Notes: a model not told the origin generated them from the sequence alone. A stretch of 64,000 nt of DNA from Octopus vulgaris (GCA_951406725.2 OX597830.1:5208001-5272000), one strand, 5' to 3'. Positions 1 to 13,906 are shown, counted from the first letter of the stretch. Numbers and translations are program-made.

Positions 1-393
1 CAAGATAACCCCACCCCCACGAGAGGGAGTAGAATTGAGGTAAGTGGTTTGGTAGCAGGAGATGAAAGGTTAAAATATATGGGAACAGAGGCAAGTGTCT
101 TGCTGCAGAGGATATACATGGTTACCAAAATTAGAAGAAAGAGAAGAGAAAGGAGAGGATGGTGAAGGTGTGTAAGGGTACAGGGAGGTGGATAGAAGTG
201 GTACAGCAGATTCAATAGGGTTTACAGGTATTTAAGTTCATGAGAGAGCGAAAGAGTGGTAGATACAGCGGAGGGGAATGCAGTGAGTGGTGAACACAAA
301 TACACATATTACGTGTGTGTGTGTGTATCTATGTATGTATATGTATGTATATATATATGTATCTATGTATGTATATGTGTGTGTGAGTGTATA

Positions 394-469
<76 letters not shown>

Positions 470-476
470 TTTATAC

Positions 477-524
<48 letters not shown>

Positions 525-529
525 TGACA

Positions 530-820
530 AAGGGTCGAGATACTTGGTGCCTTGCCGTACTCAAGAAGCAGAAGTATTAAGACTGATTCTTCTGGTGGTG
601 TAAAGCACTTGCGGCACTGCCGCATAATAGTGCCGATGCGGTGCCATGTAAAAGCACTCAGCAAACTCTGTAAAGTGGTTAGCATTAGGAAGGGCATCCA
701 GCCATAAAAACCCTACCAAATCAGACTGGAATCCAGTGTGGCTCCCCAGCTTGCAAGTTCTGGTCACATTGTGCAACCCATGCCAGCATACCATTGTCCA
801 ACATACATTAAATGAAGATG
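530..820 (+). mobile_element. 5'-truncated RTE LINE 3' tail (diverged)
   Basis: Contains gcattaggaagggcatccagcc...caacccatgccagcat...taaatgaagatga, the same motif as the 3' UTR of the LINE at 13907-16832. Confidence 0.75.
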
Positions 821-1509
821 ACATACATACATACACACATCAAGACTGATGGTTCAAAGATATTTCAACCACGATCATCCTTACCTTTACACTTCTTGTC
901 ATTATCAAGACAATGTATCTGGAACAACAGCATTCAACATAGTCTGTCCTTTTTAAGATAACAAGGCATAATTTGAGAAAGATTTCACTGTTATTTCTAA
1001 CAGCCTGAAAATTTAAGCTTACACAATGGCTGAAATACGCCACTTGCTTTCAAGTGGCAAAAACAAAGTCTCTCCTAAAATTTAGTTATTACCCTTAAAA
1101 CTAACCATACCATTTTTGAAATGTAACAGATTTAAATTTTCTTTTATTTTGAGTAGTTTTCTTTCCGGTTTGTCTTGATTTTTTTCTAGTTAATTTGAAA
1201 AAGAATTAAGTCAGAACTGCAGCTGATGAGTAAAATTAATTATTTTTAAGGAAAATACAAATCCTTAACAGAAAAATATCTTTCTTGTTGCTTGAATTTG
1301 TTTAGTGTTTGCTTTAAAAAACAGTTTATAATTACTGTTGAAAAAAATTGTTGGGTGTAGTTGAAAATTAGCCAATTTGAAAGTTCAGAAACTACAGCAA
1401 ATATTCAGTGCCATTCTTCAAATAGGAACAGAATAGAACAGTTGCAATTCATTAAAACATTCATTTAACCCATATCTCTCTCTCTCTCTCTTTCTCTCTA
1501 AATATATAT

Positions 1510-1852
1510 TCTTTTATTTGTTTGTGATTTGACTGTAGCCATGCTGGAGCACTACCTTTAGTCTAACAAATCGACCTTAGAACAGTCTTTGTAAGCCAAA
1601 CCGCTAAGTTATAGGTACGTAAACACACCAGCATCAGTTGTCAAGTAATGTTGGAGGAACAAACACAAACACACACACACAATATATATATATATTTATA
1701 TACGATGGGCTTCTTTCAGTTTTTGTCTATCAAATCCACTCACAAGGCTTTGGTCAGACCGAGATAATATTAGAAGACTTGCCAAAGGTGCCATGCAGTA
1801 GGACTGAACCCGGAACCATGTGGTTGGTAAGCAAGCTACTTACCATACAGCC
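1510..1852 (-). mobile_element. tRNA-derived SINE family A
   Basis: Reverse complement of the family consensus seen at 46288-46775 and 48528-48940. Confidence 0.9.
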
Positions 1853-2266
1853 TGAATCTCATATGGAAAGTGAACAAGAGTCTTGCAATTTTAAACAAGA
1901 TCATAATGGATATCATATACAAATGAGTGCATACTATATATTTAATTCACAAGTCATGAGGTCATTAGGAACTTTACAAAAGGTAGTTCTTTTTAATTTT
2001 CATAATTTAGGTTTTTAATTATATTCGTGATTAAATAAGAGATTTTAGCATTGTCATAAGTAGGCTACATATACATATTTTTCACTTCATTAATTTTAAT
2101 TATTCCACCACACACATACGCACAGAGTCAATTATTTTATCTATTTCTCAGCTAAGAATATTTCTGCCAATCCATGTTGCTGATTACTTCATTATTGTGT
2201 ATATGCTGTGATTTCTGAGAGAGAAAAGATAGAAAAGTATCTAATCCTCTAATGGAAGATTAATAC

Positions 2267-2305
2267 CAATTAAGGTTTTGATTCTGACAGAAACAAATGG
2301 AATGT
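2267..2305 (-). CDS. Candidate 39-nt microexon (phase 1-1, DIPFVSVRIKTLI)
   Basis: Minus-strand acceptor tttattttcacctttgcag and donor G|gtatta; open in phase 1; length divisible by 3. Confidence 0.3.
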
Positions 2306-2987
2306 CTGCAAAGGTGAAAATAAAACAAAGCAAAATAAACTGCAAGCAAACAGATGGAAGGAAATTCCTCATGAAAGTCACCTAGCAATTTTCTTTTTAT
2401 CGAGACAGATACAATATTTGACTATCCTGACAACTTTTCAATCTAGTTTCATAACCTATAATCTATCAGTATATGGGAAATCTCAATCACATGCTTACTA
2501 CACACTTCTAAACCTATAACATACCTGTCCTTTATTTTCTTCTAAAATGTTACCTATTGTAGCTGAACTCTCCTGATTAAGTATATACAATATGAGAAAA
2601 GTGTAGATGTAGTCACATGGCTTGTTCAGGTAGTAACTACTATCTTTTAAATGCAATTACATGCTCCATAACACACATTTCATGACTGTTTTGAAACAAT
2701 CTGAGCATAAGTTTAGATATAACAATCTAAGCTTAAAAATAAATGTTGCACAAATATTCAAGACATCATCTTCAGACATTTTCTATGGAAATCTTCGTTT
2801 ACTCTCTTCTCAAAAGTATTAACCAAAATATATGAAAGCAGCCATATTATGCATCTTCACAAACAGTAGCATTTGTAAAGTACACAATAATTGTCCTCCA
2901 CTAAATATATTAATTGAAGACATTTACAAATTCGTCTGGCTGTAGCATTTACCCAAACCCCGGAAATACACTCAAATTCAATGTTAA

Positions 2988-3535
2988 TCATCGTCATCAT
3001 CGTTTAACGTCTGCTTTTCATGCTAGCATGGGTTGGACGATTGACTGAAGGCTGGCGAACCAGAGGGCTGCATGAGGCTCCAATCTCATCTGGCAAAGCT
3101 TTTACAGCTGGATGCCCTTCCTAATGCCAACCACTCCGAGAGGGTAGTGGGTGCTTTTACATGCCACCGGCATGGAGCCAGTCAGGCGGTACTGGCAACG
3201 ACTTCACTCAAATCTTTTACACATGCCACCGGCACAGGTGCCAGTAGCGCGATGCTGGTAATGATCATGCTTGAATGGTGTCTTTTATGTGCCACTGGCG
3301 TGGAAGCCAGATAGCCGCTCTGGCAATGGTGACACTCAGATGGTGCTCTTAATACCCTACTAGCACAGGGTTTGAGTGCCAGTAAGGCGACGCTGGTAAT
3401 GATCACGCTCAAATGGTGCCTTTTAAGTGCCACTGGCACAGAAGCCGGTTAGCCGCTCTGTCAATGATCACACTCGTATGGTGCTCTTTGCACCCTGCTA
3501 GTACAGACGCCAGTCATCGATTTTGATTTTGATTT
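2988..3535 (-). mobile_element. RTE LINE 3' UTR fragment with internal tandem units
   Basis: (CAT)n tail plus ctggatgcccttcctaatgccaaccactcc and repeated gtgc..tttta.gtgccac.ggca units. Confidence 0.9.
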
Positions 3536-4265
3536 ACATTAATAATTTCTTATTATATCACCATTTTCACTTACTCTTTTACTCTTTTACTTGTTTCAGT
3601 CATTTGACTGCGGCCATGCTGGAGCACCGCCTTTATTTTTTTTAATTTTTTTTTTAAAACAAAAGATTCCCAGTCCAAAACCTAAAGCTGTATTTATAAT
3701 TTTATTTTTTTTACTGAGATCAGAAGCTCAGCAGCTTATTGTTTCAAATTTTTATTTTCTTATAAGCAAAGATTTCAATCTTAACATTAAACAATCTCAG
3801 CATTCCATGTTAATTAGACAAATATTTACCTTTTTACTCCTTTAGGTGTGCGTGTGTGGTGGAGGAGTTAGTGTAATTTCTATAGTAAATGTGACAGATA
3901 GTGTTTCACGACAGAAGGACCAAAAAGAATAATGAGTGATACCATTTGCATAGGAGTGGGAGTGAGAGGTGGTGGCAGGTAAGAATATTGACATAACAGA
4001 TGCAGGAAATTTGGGGCTGAAACAGATTTAGCTTCTTCACCAACAATATCATTCTGAGACGAAATTTTAAAGCCATTCCTTAAAAATTAAAAGTAAACCT
4101 TTCTTTATATGTTCAAGATCAAAGTTTCTCAAGTGATTTGTTCTTAAAAGCCAACACACCTGTTTACAGACATTGCACCACTGAAATTCATCTTAATATC
4201 AAGATCTATGAACACATACCTTAAACAGCAGATTAGGTTAAAGTAGACAAACTTTAAACACCTGC

Positions 4266-4620
4266 CGGGTTCAGTCCCACTGCGTAGCATCTTGGGCAAG
4301 TGTCTTCTGCTATAGCCTCGGGCCGACCAAAGCCTTGTGAGTGGATTTGGTAGACGGAAACTGAAAGAAGCCTGTCGTATATATGTATATATATATATGT
4401 GTGTGTGTCTGTGTGTCTGTGTTTATCCCTCTAGCATTGCTTGACAACCGATGCTGGTGTGTTTACGTCCCCGTAACTTAGCGGTTCGGCAAAAGAGACT
4501 GATAGAATAAGTACTGGGCTTACAAAGAAGAAGTCCCGGGGTCGAGTTGCTTGACTAAAGGTGGTGCTCCAGCATGGCCGCAGTCAAATGACTGAAGCAA
4601 GTAAAAGAGTAAAGAGTAAA
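4266..4620 (+). mobile_element. SINE family A (5'-truncated)
   Basis: ccgggttcagtcccactgcg...aagtaaaagagtaaagag. Confidence 0.9.
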
Positions 4621-5933
4621 CCCATCATCATTTAACATTTAACTTCTATGTTGCTATGTGTCACATTTTGAAAAGATCCAATGAGTTTGAGGTACTTGTC
4701 AAGGTCTAATATCTACTTTGGCATCGTTTCCAAGTCTGGATGCCTTTCCTAATGCCAACCTCTTTATTGGGTACTTTAGGTCATCATGCAGCTTGCAAGA
4801 GAAGCCCCCTCAACTAAGTGGGAGGTGGTTTATGCAAGATATTGAGAAGCTCAAGTGTGACAGAAGACAGGAGTATATATATCTTACTAATAGAGAAGAT
4901 ATAAAGCTGTCCAGGATATGGAATTCAATTGAAACTGGTATAATATGTGGTGCTATGGAGATGAACAATTCAGACTCATACTTCTGATGGCATCACCATA
5001 ACTTTGCCATGAACTTGATTTAGGATCACAGTCTCTTACCAAACAGCAAAGACTCAGAAAATGAATGCATTTTGTGTGAGATACACAGAAAATATAACAC
5101 AGAAAATAGAAACTTAATACAATTATTGTATTTCAACATGATTACATGTATACTTTTCCTGTTTCCAATCCTTACACCTGTTTCCAAGCAAAGCAATACT
5201 TTGCAATTGCTCAACATGTTTTCATGTAGGAGAGATGATCATTTACAACTACCAATGTCAAGAACAATCAAACATAAACACACACACACACAATAGGCTT
5301 CTTTCAGTTTCCTTGTTACGTACACCTAGAAGGCTATAATAGAAGCTACCTACCCAAGGTGCCACCCAATGAAACCGAACCAATAATTACACAGTTGAGA
5401 AGCAAGTTTAACTGCAAATACATACCTGTTCATGCATTATACATACCTGTGTGTGTGTACACGCATGCATTTGTGCATGCACATAAAAGCACACACTGCA
5501 AAATACAAAATTGATAACCAGTAACCTAATGATCTAGACAGACAAATGTTGAAGAGTAAAGTTTCAATTTTAACAAATACAACAGAGTAAATAAAATTGA
5601 AAATGGTAAATAGAATTTCCTTGTTAAATATATTCAAGTAAAGGTTATTTTTGAAATGAGATTAACAATGAGTTAACAATAAAATAGAAAATGAATTGCT
5701 CCAAATGGAATTCATAGTCAATATTTATTGAAGTAAAATAGTTCTTGAGACATCAAAAGAGAAAAGAATGTTATTCTGCAAGTGACATTTTAGGCACCAG
5801 CATTCTGTAGACTTTAGGCAAAAAGCTGAATATGAAATTATGAAAAGAACAACAAAAAAAACTGATACAAAGTTTTTCATTATTTGACTGATGTAATTGG
5901 AAATATATTTGTATACTAATAAATACAGGAAAC

Positions 5934-5970
5934 CTGAACTGTTTCTCATCTTTGTACAGTTCACCTTCTG
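5934..5970 (-). CDS. Candidate exon (phase 0-1, QKVNCTKMRNSS)
   Basis: Acceptor cttcttaattag and donor CAG|gtttcc (weak); 80-nt intron to the exon at 6051-6151; frame-compatible. Confidence 0.35.
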
Positions 5971-6050
5971 CTAATTAAGAAGCATGTGTGTTTTGAAAAA
6001 CAAAAGAAAAAAGAAACAGTAAAAATGGTAACTATCGATTTGATGCTCAC

Positions 6051-6151
6051 TTTTATAGAAGAACTAAACGAGATAAATGAATTTCCCAAGCTACTGTCTG
6101 TTTTAACGTCATTCCTAATCATTTCTACCCCATTGCCATTAGCTACAATGG
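6051..6151 (-). CDS. Candidate internal exon (phase 1-0, xIVANGNGVEMIRNDVKTDSSLGNSFISFSSSIK)
   Basis: Strong acceptor ttctttaattcttttttag and donor AAA|gtgagc; only one open frame. Confidence 0.55.
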
Positions 6152-6227
6152 CTAAAAAAGAATTAAAGAACTTTTAACCTTCAGTGTTTTACTTAACTGT
6201 TCGTTGTCAAAAATATGTTACACTTAC

Positions 6228-6337
6228 GCAACTTCTTTGAGATTGTCTTTTGCTCGATGGATTCCTTTTTTACAGATGCAGCAGTATTGATTGGAACTCC
6301 ATCATTCCATCTCACACTCAACCATTCCTTTTCAATT
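6228..6337 (-). CDS. Candidate exon ending ...VKKESIEQKTISKKL (phase-1 donor); 5' boundary uncertain
   Basis: Donor C|gtaagt; 76-nt intron to 6151; frame open for about 37 codons and compatible with the next exon. Confidence 0.4.
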
Positions 6338-7310
6338 CTAGTTCATTCTATCTCCAGACATGTAACTTCAATGAGCAACTTTTTACAAAAACTCAAATGT
6401 AACCAACTCGTTAGTCATGTAAGTAACTAACATATTAATTAACAATCAACACAGACTAAAATAGCCATCCAAATCTAGTGTTCTGTCAAAACTTGCTTTT
6501 TTTTCATGTTCTTTAATGTGAAATTGTGTCTAGAAACAGATGTAATTTCTGAGGGCAATTTTTCCAATAAAAAACAAATCACTAGTAAAATGACCATCCC
6601 AAGATGTAACAAATGCTAAATGTTTTCATAACTGTCAGGACTTGAACCCTCAACCCTGCTCTCCCTGAAGTTAAAATACTGTCTCCATTATGTAAAAAAA
6701 ACTTTCAAAAATGTCCACCATCAAATCCAGCTATGAATCATTCAGAACAGATTTAAAATTATTTGCACTTTGTACAGAGAAATCTGAAGCAAATTGTTTT
6801 TAAGATGTCTAGACAGGTTTATATGCAAAATATAATGGTCAGTGCACAGAACATCATTGAGCAATAATTTCTTTTACAATGACTGTGTTCAACACACTCA
6901 ACACATCGGTGCACAGAATAATTTTAGGACATTGGTGTTTCAACGGCCAGAAGTAGCCAGAACACTGAGCCTAAGCAAAGCTGCTGGCTTAGTTTATAGT
7001 TTCATCAAACAAATTATTTGCTGATTGGCACTTATATCAGCCAACCAATAAAAAATCGTTATTTGCATCATGTGTATATATGTAGTTGCATCATGTATAT
7101 ATATATATATATATATCATCATCATCATCATCGTTTAGTGTCCGCTTTCCATGCTAGCATGGATTGGACGGTTCAAATGGGGCTTATATATACATATATA
7201 TAATTTGAAAATAGGATAAAATCTTTATAAGAATTTATCAAGTAGTTAGCAGGAAAAAACCTCATAAGAGAAAAAAAACATCAATTTTTTTCCTTTAAAT
7301 CTATTCATTT

Positions 7311-7435
7311 TTATTTTATAGAGGGCATTATTACATATAAATGCCACACGCTATTTTACTATTTTAGTAGTTTTGACTTTGAAAGTCCCTCCTAGCATGT
7401 GGCATTTATGTGTAATAATGCCCTCTATAAAATAA
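7311..7435. mobile_element. Foldback MITE-like element
   Basis: About 43-bp inverted arms ttattttatagagggcattattacatataaatgccac / gtggcatttatgtgtaataatgccctctataaaataa. Confidence 0.8.
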
Positions 7436-7445
7436 ATATATATAT

Positions 7446-7875
7446 CTTTTACTCTTTTACTTGTTTCAGTCATTTGACTGCGGCCATGCTGGAGCACCAC
7501 CTTTTTTTTTTAGTCGAGCTAATTGACCCCGGGACTTATTCTTTGTAAGCCCAGTACTTATTCTATCGGTCTCTTTTACCGAAACGCTAAGTCACGAGGA
7601 CGTAAACACACTTTGGCATCGTTTCCAAGTCTGGATGCCTTTCCTAATGCCAACCTCTTTATTGGGTACTTTAGCAATGCTAGGGGGACAAACACACACA
7701 CACACATATATATACATATATACGACGGACTTCTTTCAGTTTCCGTCTACCAAATCCACTCACAAGGCATTGGTCGGCCCGGGGCTATAGCAGAAGACAC
7801 TTGCCCAAGATGTCACGCAGTGGGACTGAACCCGGAACCATGTGGTTGGTTAGCAAGCTACTTACCACACAGCCA
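7446..7875 (-). mobile_element. SINE family A carrying a 65-bp templated insertion
   Basis: Matches the family consensus except 7610-7674, which is identical to 4715-4779. Confidence 0.9.
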
Positions 7876-10070
7876 TTTATATATATTCTAGAATGAATAT
7901 TTACATATTTATTTTTAACACATCAAAGCAAGTTTGTGAAGGTGTGTGGCTTAATGGTTAAGGTGCTGGACTCATGATCATAAGACAGTGGTTTTGATTC
8001 CTGGACCACATGATGCGTTGTGTTCTTGAGCAAAACACTTCATTTCACATTACTCCAGTTCACTCAGTTGTAATCCTGTGACGGATCAGCGTCCAATTCA
8101 GGTGGAGAATATATATGCCATGGAATCCAGGAAACTGGTCCTTTGACTCGGGAAGGAACTTTACTTCTTTTTACTAAACAGGTTCAGATGTGAAATATGC
8201 AAATCACTCTAGTGAGCATCACAGGAGAATGACTTCTCCCTTTTACAATGACTGGGTGTTCAACAAAGCTAGCTCATTAACTGTAAACCAAATACAATTT
8301 CATATCATTTAAGAAATGGCCAAATTACAAAATAAAAAAGTTTTAATATGCTACCTCAATCTGAACTGGTAACAATGAAATAATTTTGCTTCTACATTAA
8401 AATCAAACCAACAAAAAGGCAAGATTCTCTACTGAGGGATTTCATAGATTAACAAGTAATTCTATAATAATCTCGTTCCTCATCACCTCACAAACTACAA
8501 GAGGATCATATATAAGAAAATAATTATCACTAACTAGCAGTACCTATGGAAATTTCAGGGTAAATACAGGTTTTAGATGGTTGTAAGTTTATATAGAGCC
8601 ATAAAAAGGAGTGTTCTTTTATATGTTGTATATTCTGCATTATTTTCACTTAAAATCATTTTTGGTTCTTCAGGAAAAGGCTGTAATTGTAGGAGCATGA
8701 CTTTCCCTTTCTCTCAGAAGTTTAGAGATTCATTTATAAATCTAAGAGTTTCATAATGATTACAGAGAATATTCATGTCAGCAATGTTGTAATTTTCAAT
8801 CATAAGTTTACAGTTTTTATATGTTCTCTCCATTTTCATTTTATATTCTATCTTGAATACATTCCCTTCATCATCATCCTCATCGTCATTTAACGTCTGT
8901 TTTCTATGCTAACATGAGTTGGACAGTTCAACTGGGGTCTGGGAAGCCAGGAAGTTGTTTTGCATAATCAGCCCCAGCCCATTCAAAAGTACCTTGATTC
9001 CCTTATCTGTTATAAATACTCACTCTATACTCTTTGGTTCATATTTTCCCTTCTACACCCTGATGCTCACGTTCTTGTTCTAGTGATTCAGCCCTCTGCT
9101 TCTCTTTATGTCATTCCCATTCTTTCTCTTGTTAGCTTACATATTCTGTCATTCATATTTTATGAACAAATATCAATTTTCAAGCAAACGGACAATAAAT
9201 AATTGCACTTATGTGAATGCTTTAAGTGATAGCAATATGAAAAATTTAGTTCAATTAAGAAAACTACGTTTTTCACCATCCACTCACCACCACCATCATC
9301 ATCACCATCTCCTCCACAATCACCATCATCATCACAGTTTTCAGTAACAAAGCTCAGTCTAACTAGTTTACCAACCAATATTATTTCATTTCAATTGTTT
9401 ATTTATATCTACTTTTCTTGTTGTCAAAACAAAGTTCAAATAACAAACTTTCAAAAACTAACAACATCCATGGCTACTTTACTAAGTTATTTCACTTTCA
9501 TTGAAAAACCTTCCTTTCTATCTATAAGTTTATCATCATATCTAATGTCAGCTTTCCTTCTACCATCCAGCTGTCAATGTATTTGTCAATGTGCATACAT
9601 AAATTGATCAGCAGATAGCAGTCGCAAGAATTGACTATTAAACTGTTATTTTCTTGTCAGCCACAATATGATGCTCAAAACTGCCCACTTTTTATTCTTC
9701 TCTTAATCTTGTTACCTCTTACCTTTTCAACAAACTTTATAACTGAGTCATTCCCTCTTTACAAAGTTATCATTTCTCTCTCCCTCTTCTCACTTCCACT
9801 AACCACATGACAGCATAATGTATCACCTAGCAATAATGTCACTACTCTCTCGCTTACCCACCTCTCTTCCTCTCTCTTTGTCTTTCATTAACGTCACCAC
9901 CAAAATATTACCCTTCTGCTAAACATTCTATTTCTAACTCTTTCTATATCAATCTCTTCAACCAACTTTTTAACCACATAATAACTATTACCTTCCCCCC
10001 TACTTCATGTCCTTAATACTTCTCTCTTGCTCTTCACCCTTCCTTTAAACTTGGAATTAATGTATTAAAC

Positions 10071-10388
10071 ATCATCCTCATCATTTAATGTCTGGTTTCC
10101 GTGCTAGCGCACAGGTTGGACGGTTTGACTGGGGTCTGGGAAGCCAGGAGGCTGCACCAGGCTCCAGTCTGATCTGGCAGTGTTTCTACAGCTGGATGCC
10201 CTTCTTAACACCAACCACTCCGTGAGTGTAGTGGGTGCTTTTTACATACTACTGGCACAGGTGCCAGGGGAGGAGGCAGCGGCCACAATGGGTTGGTGCT
10301 TTCTACTTGCCACTGGCACAGGTATCACGACTACAATTTCCAATTGATATTTATTTTGATGTTGATGTACTTGACTCAGTAGGTCTCC
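10071..10388 (-). mobile_element. RTE LINE 3' tail
   Basis: catcatcctcatcatttaatgtc...ctggatgcccttcttaacaccaaccactcc...ttgactcagtaggtctcc. Confidence 0.85.
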
Positions 10389-10416
10389 ATTTTAATTTTT
10401 ATATTTTGATTTTTGT

Positions 10417-12771
10417 AATAGGCTTATTACTAATCCAATTTAATCCAGGTTTTGTGTATTAATTCTTTAAAATCAGTAAATCCTTTCAACTAATCACTTG
10501 ACAGCGCAACACATTTCAGCCTCAGTGTATTAATATATAGATTATCAGCTTTTTACAAACCACATTTTGGAACTCTCTAAAATGCCCTCATAACTTCTTA
10601 AATAAGCCCCTTTTTACTCTTATTCCCACATGTAATAACCCAGAAAGCACATTTCCATATGTAAATAACCGATTTTACCCCTTCTCAGAACCTTCATAGA
10701 TTAATGATTTCCAATTAGTCTTCCTTTTTCATATTAAGGTCACTAATCTAATCTTACCAAATCTCCCCCCCCCCCACTTTCTCTGACCTTAGAGACAAAC
10801 TAAGTCACTCGATTCCTGACCATAACCAATATTTGAATTCACTGCTTAAAACTGGTCCATGATTTGAAGATGATGACATCTTCCCTATCAGCTTTTCTTC
10901 CAATGAACTCAACCAACAAAGCAAAAGTATTTATGGGGACTTAATTGGTCTATTGTCTTTGTAGAGTTGGTTAAAAAGCAAATACTCACAAAATTCAATG
11001 AGCCTGCACTTGAGTTGGCATGGTACAACTTTTGGAAAATATTTTCTTGATATCAGAAACATAGCTAGAATCTTTCCTCCCACCAACCACACAAGCAGAT
11101 ACTTCAAGTTCCAAAGTTGAACTATGGGTCACTTAATAAATTATACAAGAACAAAATGTACAGGTAACACTAATAGAACAGATAAGACAGAACATCTTTC
11201 TCCACGTGTTAATGTTACTGTTGAATGGTATTGATTTTTCATAGCATGACTAAATTATAGTTCTACTAGTTTACAAATAATTTTATTTGTCTGGCTTATG
11301 TTAAATGTCTAAACTTATCATACATTTTATTTAAAGTCAATCACAAATTGTCACATATAGATAAATGTGTGAAAATAATTGTCTCGTAAGCAGTTTATCA
11401 TAAATATTGCAATTACTAAAGTACATTTACCAACTGATGAGACAAATTAACATTAGTTCAATAAATAGATGCACAACAGCTGTGACTAATCAGCTGATAA
11501 GCAACGAAACAAAACGTAATGTAAGAAATGCGTGTAGATTAAGCACAACTGAAGATTAGATTAATAATCTTAAAGACATAAGCTAAATAGAGAAAGAAAT
11601 TCAATTTGATGCTGGGACTGACTTCTAAGATAGTAGGGTTCATAGGAAACTGAAAATAATGGGAAAACTTCTAGAATTACTTTTACTATTGGAGTGATGG
11701 AAGAACAACTTCAAGATTGATGAATGAGAAACTGATTTTATATAATTGTGAGATAAATCACTGCCCAGAGCTTTCTCTTTTTGTTCTCATTTCTTATCTT
11801 TCACTTTTGTAAAATTTGCCTTCTTGAAGTAATTTAAAAGCAATCAGGTTTCTTGTCTCTTTCTTTCTCTCGCTTGTTGGTGCTCATCAGCTTTCTGTTT
11901 TCACAAACAGGAGCTTTTAGGATCATAATGGATCTCCTGCTTTTGTTTTGTTTTTCCAAGTTTACATTGCATTTCTAATTTGGAAGAATTTACAAATCTT
12001 GAGCATTTATGTAAGTTGCGAAGTGTAATAATTATTTCAAATTTTTGCCACAAGTGCCGCTTGGGGGTGGTGGGCATAAGTCGATTACATCAACCCCAGT
12101 GTCCAACTGATACTTATTTTATTGACCCTGAAAATATCCAACCTTGGCAGAATTTGAACTCAGAACCTAGTAATTGACAAAATACCTCTGAACATTTTGT
12201 CCAGCATGCTACCAATTATTCCATCTCACTGCCATCGCTGCTTTGCTGTCAAGTGTGATAATGGTAAAGACGTTTTTTTAATGTTTCACATAGGAAATTA
12301 TTTTAAACCAATATGTTTCCAACTGGAATTTACGAATTACTTTAAACAAATTTCAGCCACAGGCGCTCATGCATGACGTAAAAGATATGGCATCCCAATT
12401 TCTTATGTGAAGTATATTTAATGTTTGCAGCATATTAATATATGTAGATAACATTTGGTCTTACCATAAGATAAAACTAGAATGATCATCTAAAATATTC
12501 TGAGAAAGCTATTAAATTATTAAAGCAAGTTACACTGAATTATTTATTACTGGTTGTACAGCTATGTTCAAATAACAAAAAAAAAAAATGAAAAGCAAAC
12601 TTTAAAGTAGGATTCATTGTACCAAGATTAGCCATTTATAATATTTACAGCAACAAACCCAACAAAATATTTCTCCTTTAACACAGCTATATTTCATATT
12701 CAACCATTTTACTGATTTTAAAGAATTAATACACAAAACCTGAATTAAAATGGATTAGTAATAAGCCTATT
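10417..12771. repeat. Long-range inverted repeat pair (core arms 10417-10480 and 12708-12771)
   Basis: 64-bp cores differ at 2 positions; homology extends to about 10045-10070 and 12810-12835. Confidence 0.9.
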
Positions 12772-13717
12772 CCAGAAATGAAAATATAAAAAGGAAAATT
12801 AGTATATTTGTTTAATACATTAATTCCAAGTTAGTAGGGAGAGTATGTGACCACTTGATCAGCTAAAAGTAATGGTTAACTGGCACTATTTTTATAATTT
12901 AAGTAAGGATAGATTGGATTATGGCATTCCAGACAGATTGCCTGAAATAGAACCCAGATGGTCATGGTTAGGAATGTCTTAATATTTCTAAGTCTGCCAT
13001 ATCAAGGATGACCTGGGTTTAAACAACTTCAGCTCACATACACAATACATGTCAGCCAGTAATATCATATAATAAACTTCTCTCTCCTTTTGCGCTAGCA
13101 TGGAAAATGGACATTAAATGATGCCGATGTGAGATGATCTTAACCAACCCTTTGCTCACTCTCAGCTAATGCAAAACTTTCATGTTAGAATTTTTATTAC
13201 AGCAAAACTCTTCAAACACTAAATAACCTCTCAGCTTCATTAAAATACCAAATCCTCAAACACTTTCCAAAGGAGTTATTTTTGATTTATGAATGACTAT
13301 CTACATCTTCAATTTTTCCCATCCATAACAAGAACTAATGTAGATTTCGTAATCTATTTTGCTATATTATTAAGCTATTCATTTTATTACTTCAGCAAAT
13401 CTTTTCAAAACTAAATTATCAGTCTGGATATTAACAGCTTTAGAGTATTTTCTCTGATTAGATATTTACTTTGCCTCAATCCAGCTTCTAACTCATCAAT
13501 CCCATATCTTCTAAGTTTCTTAACTTGCTTAATGTAGTTCTAAGTTTTTATATTATACAGGAAGCTTGCTTCCCAACCACATGGTTCCAGGTTCAGTCCC
13601 ACTGCATGATGCCTCGGACAAGTGTCTTCTACTATAACCTTGGGCGGACCAAAGCCTTGTGAGTGGATGTGGTAGACAGAAACTGAAAGAAGCCTGTCGT
13701 GTATGTGTGTGCATATA

Positions 13718-13852
13718 TTAGGTTGTCCCAAAAGTTCGTAAACACTTGCGAAAATTGAATTTTTACTCGCCAAGTACTAACAAAAACAACAAAAATTATT
13801 CCTTAAAATAAAGACCATTATTTTCCAAGACTTTCTACGAACTTTTGGGACA

Positions 13853-13858
<6 letters not shown>
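13718..13858. mobile_element. Tc1/mariner-type MITE
   Basis: TIRs ttaggttgtcccaaaagttcgta / tacgaacttttgggacaacctta, flanked by TA. Confidence 0.85.

Positions 13859-13906
<48 letters not shown>

Noticed and set aside
238-697. ORFs rich in YI/CV/HT repeats (also at about 27000, 38500, 46400, 49300-50100, 52000 and 59200-59450)
   Set aside because: Translations of (TA)n/(CA)n microsatellites, not genes.
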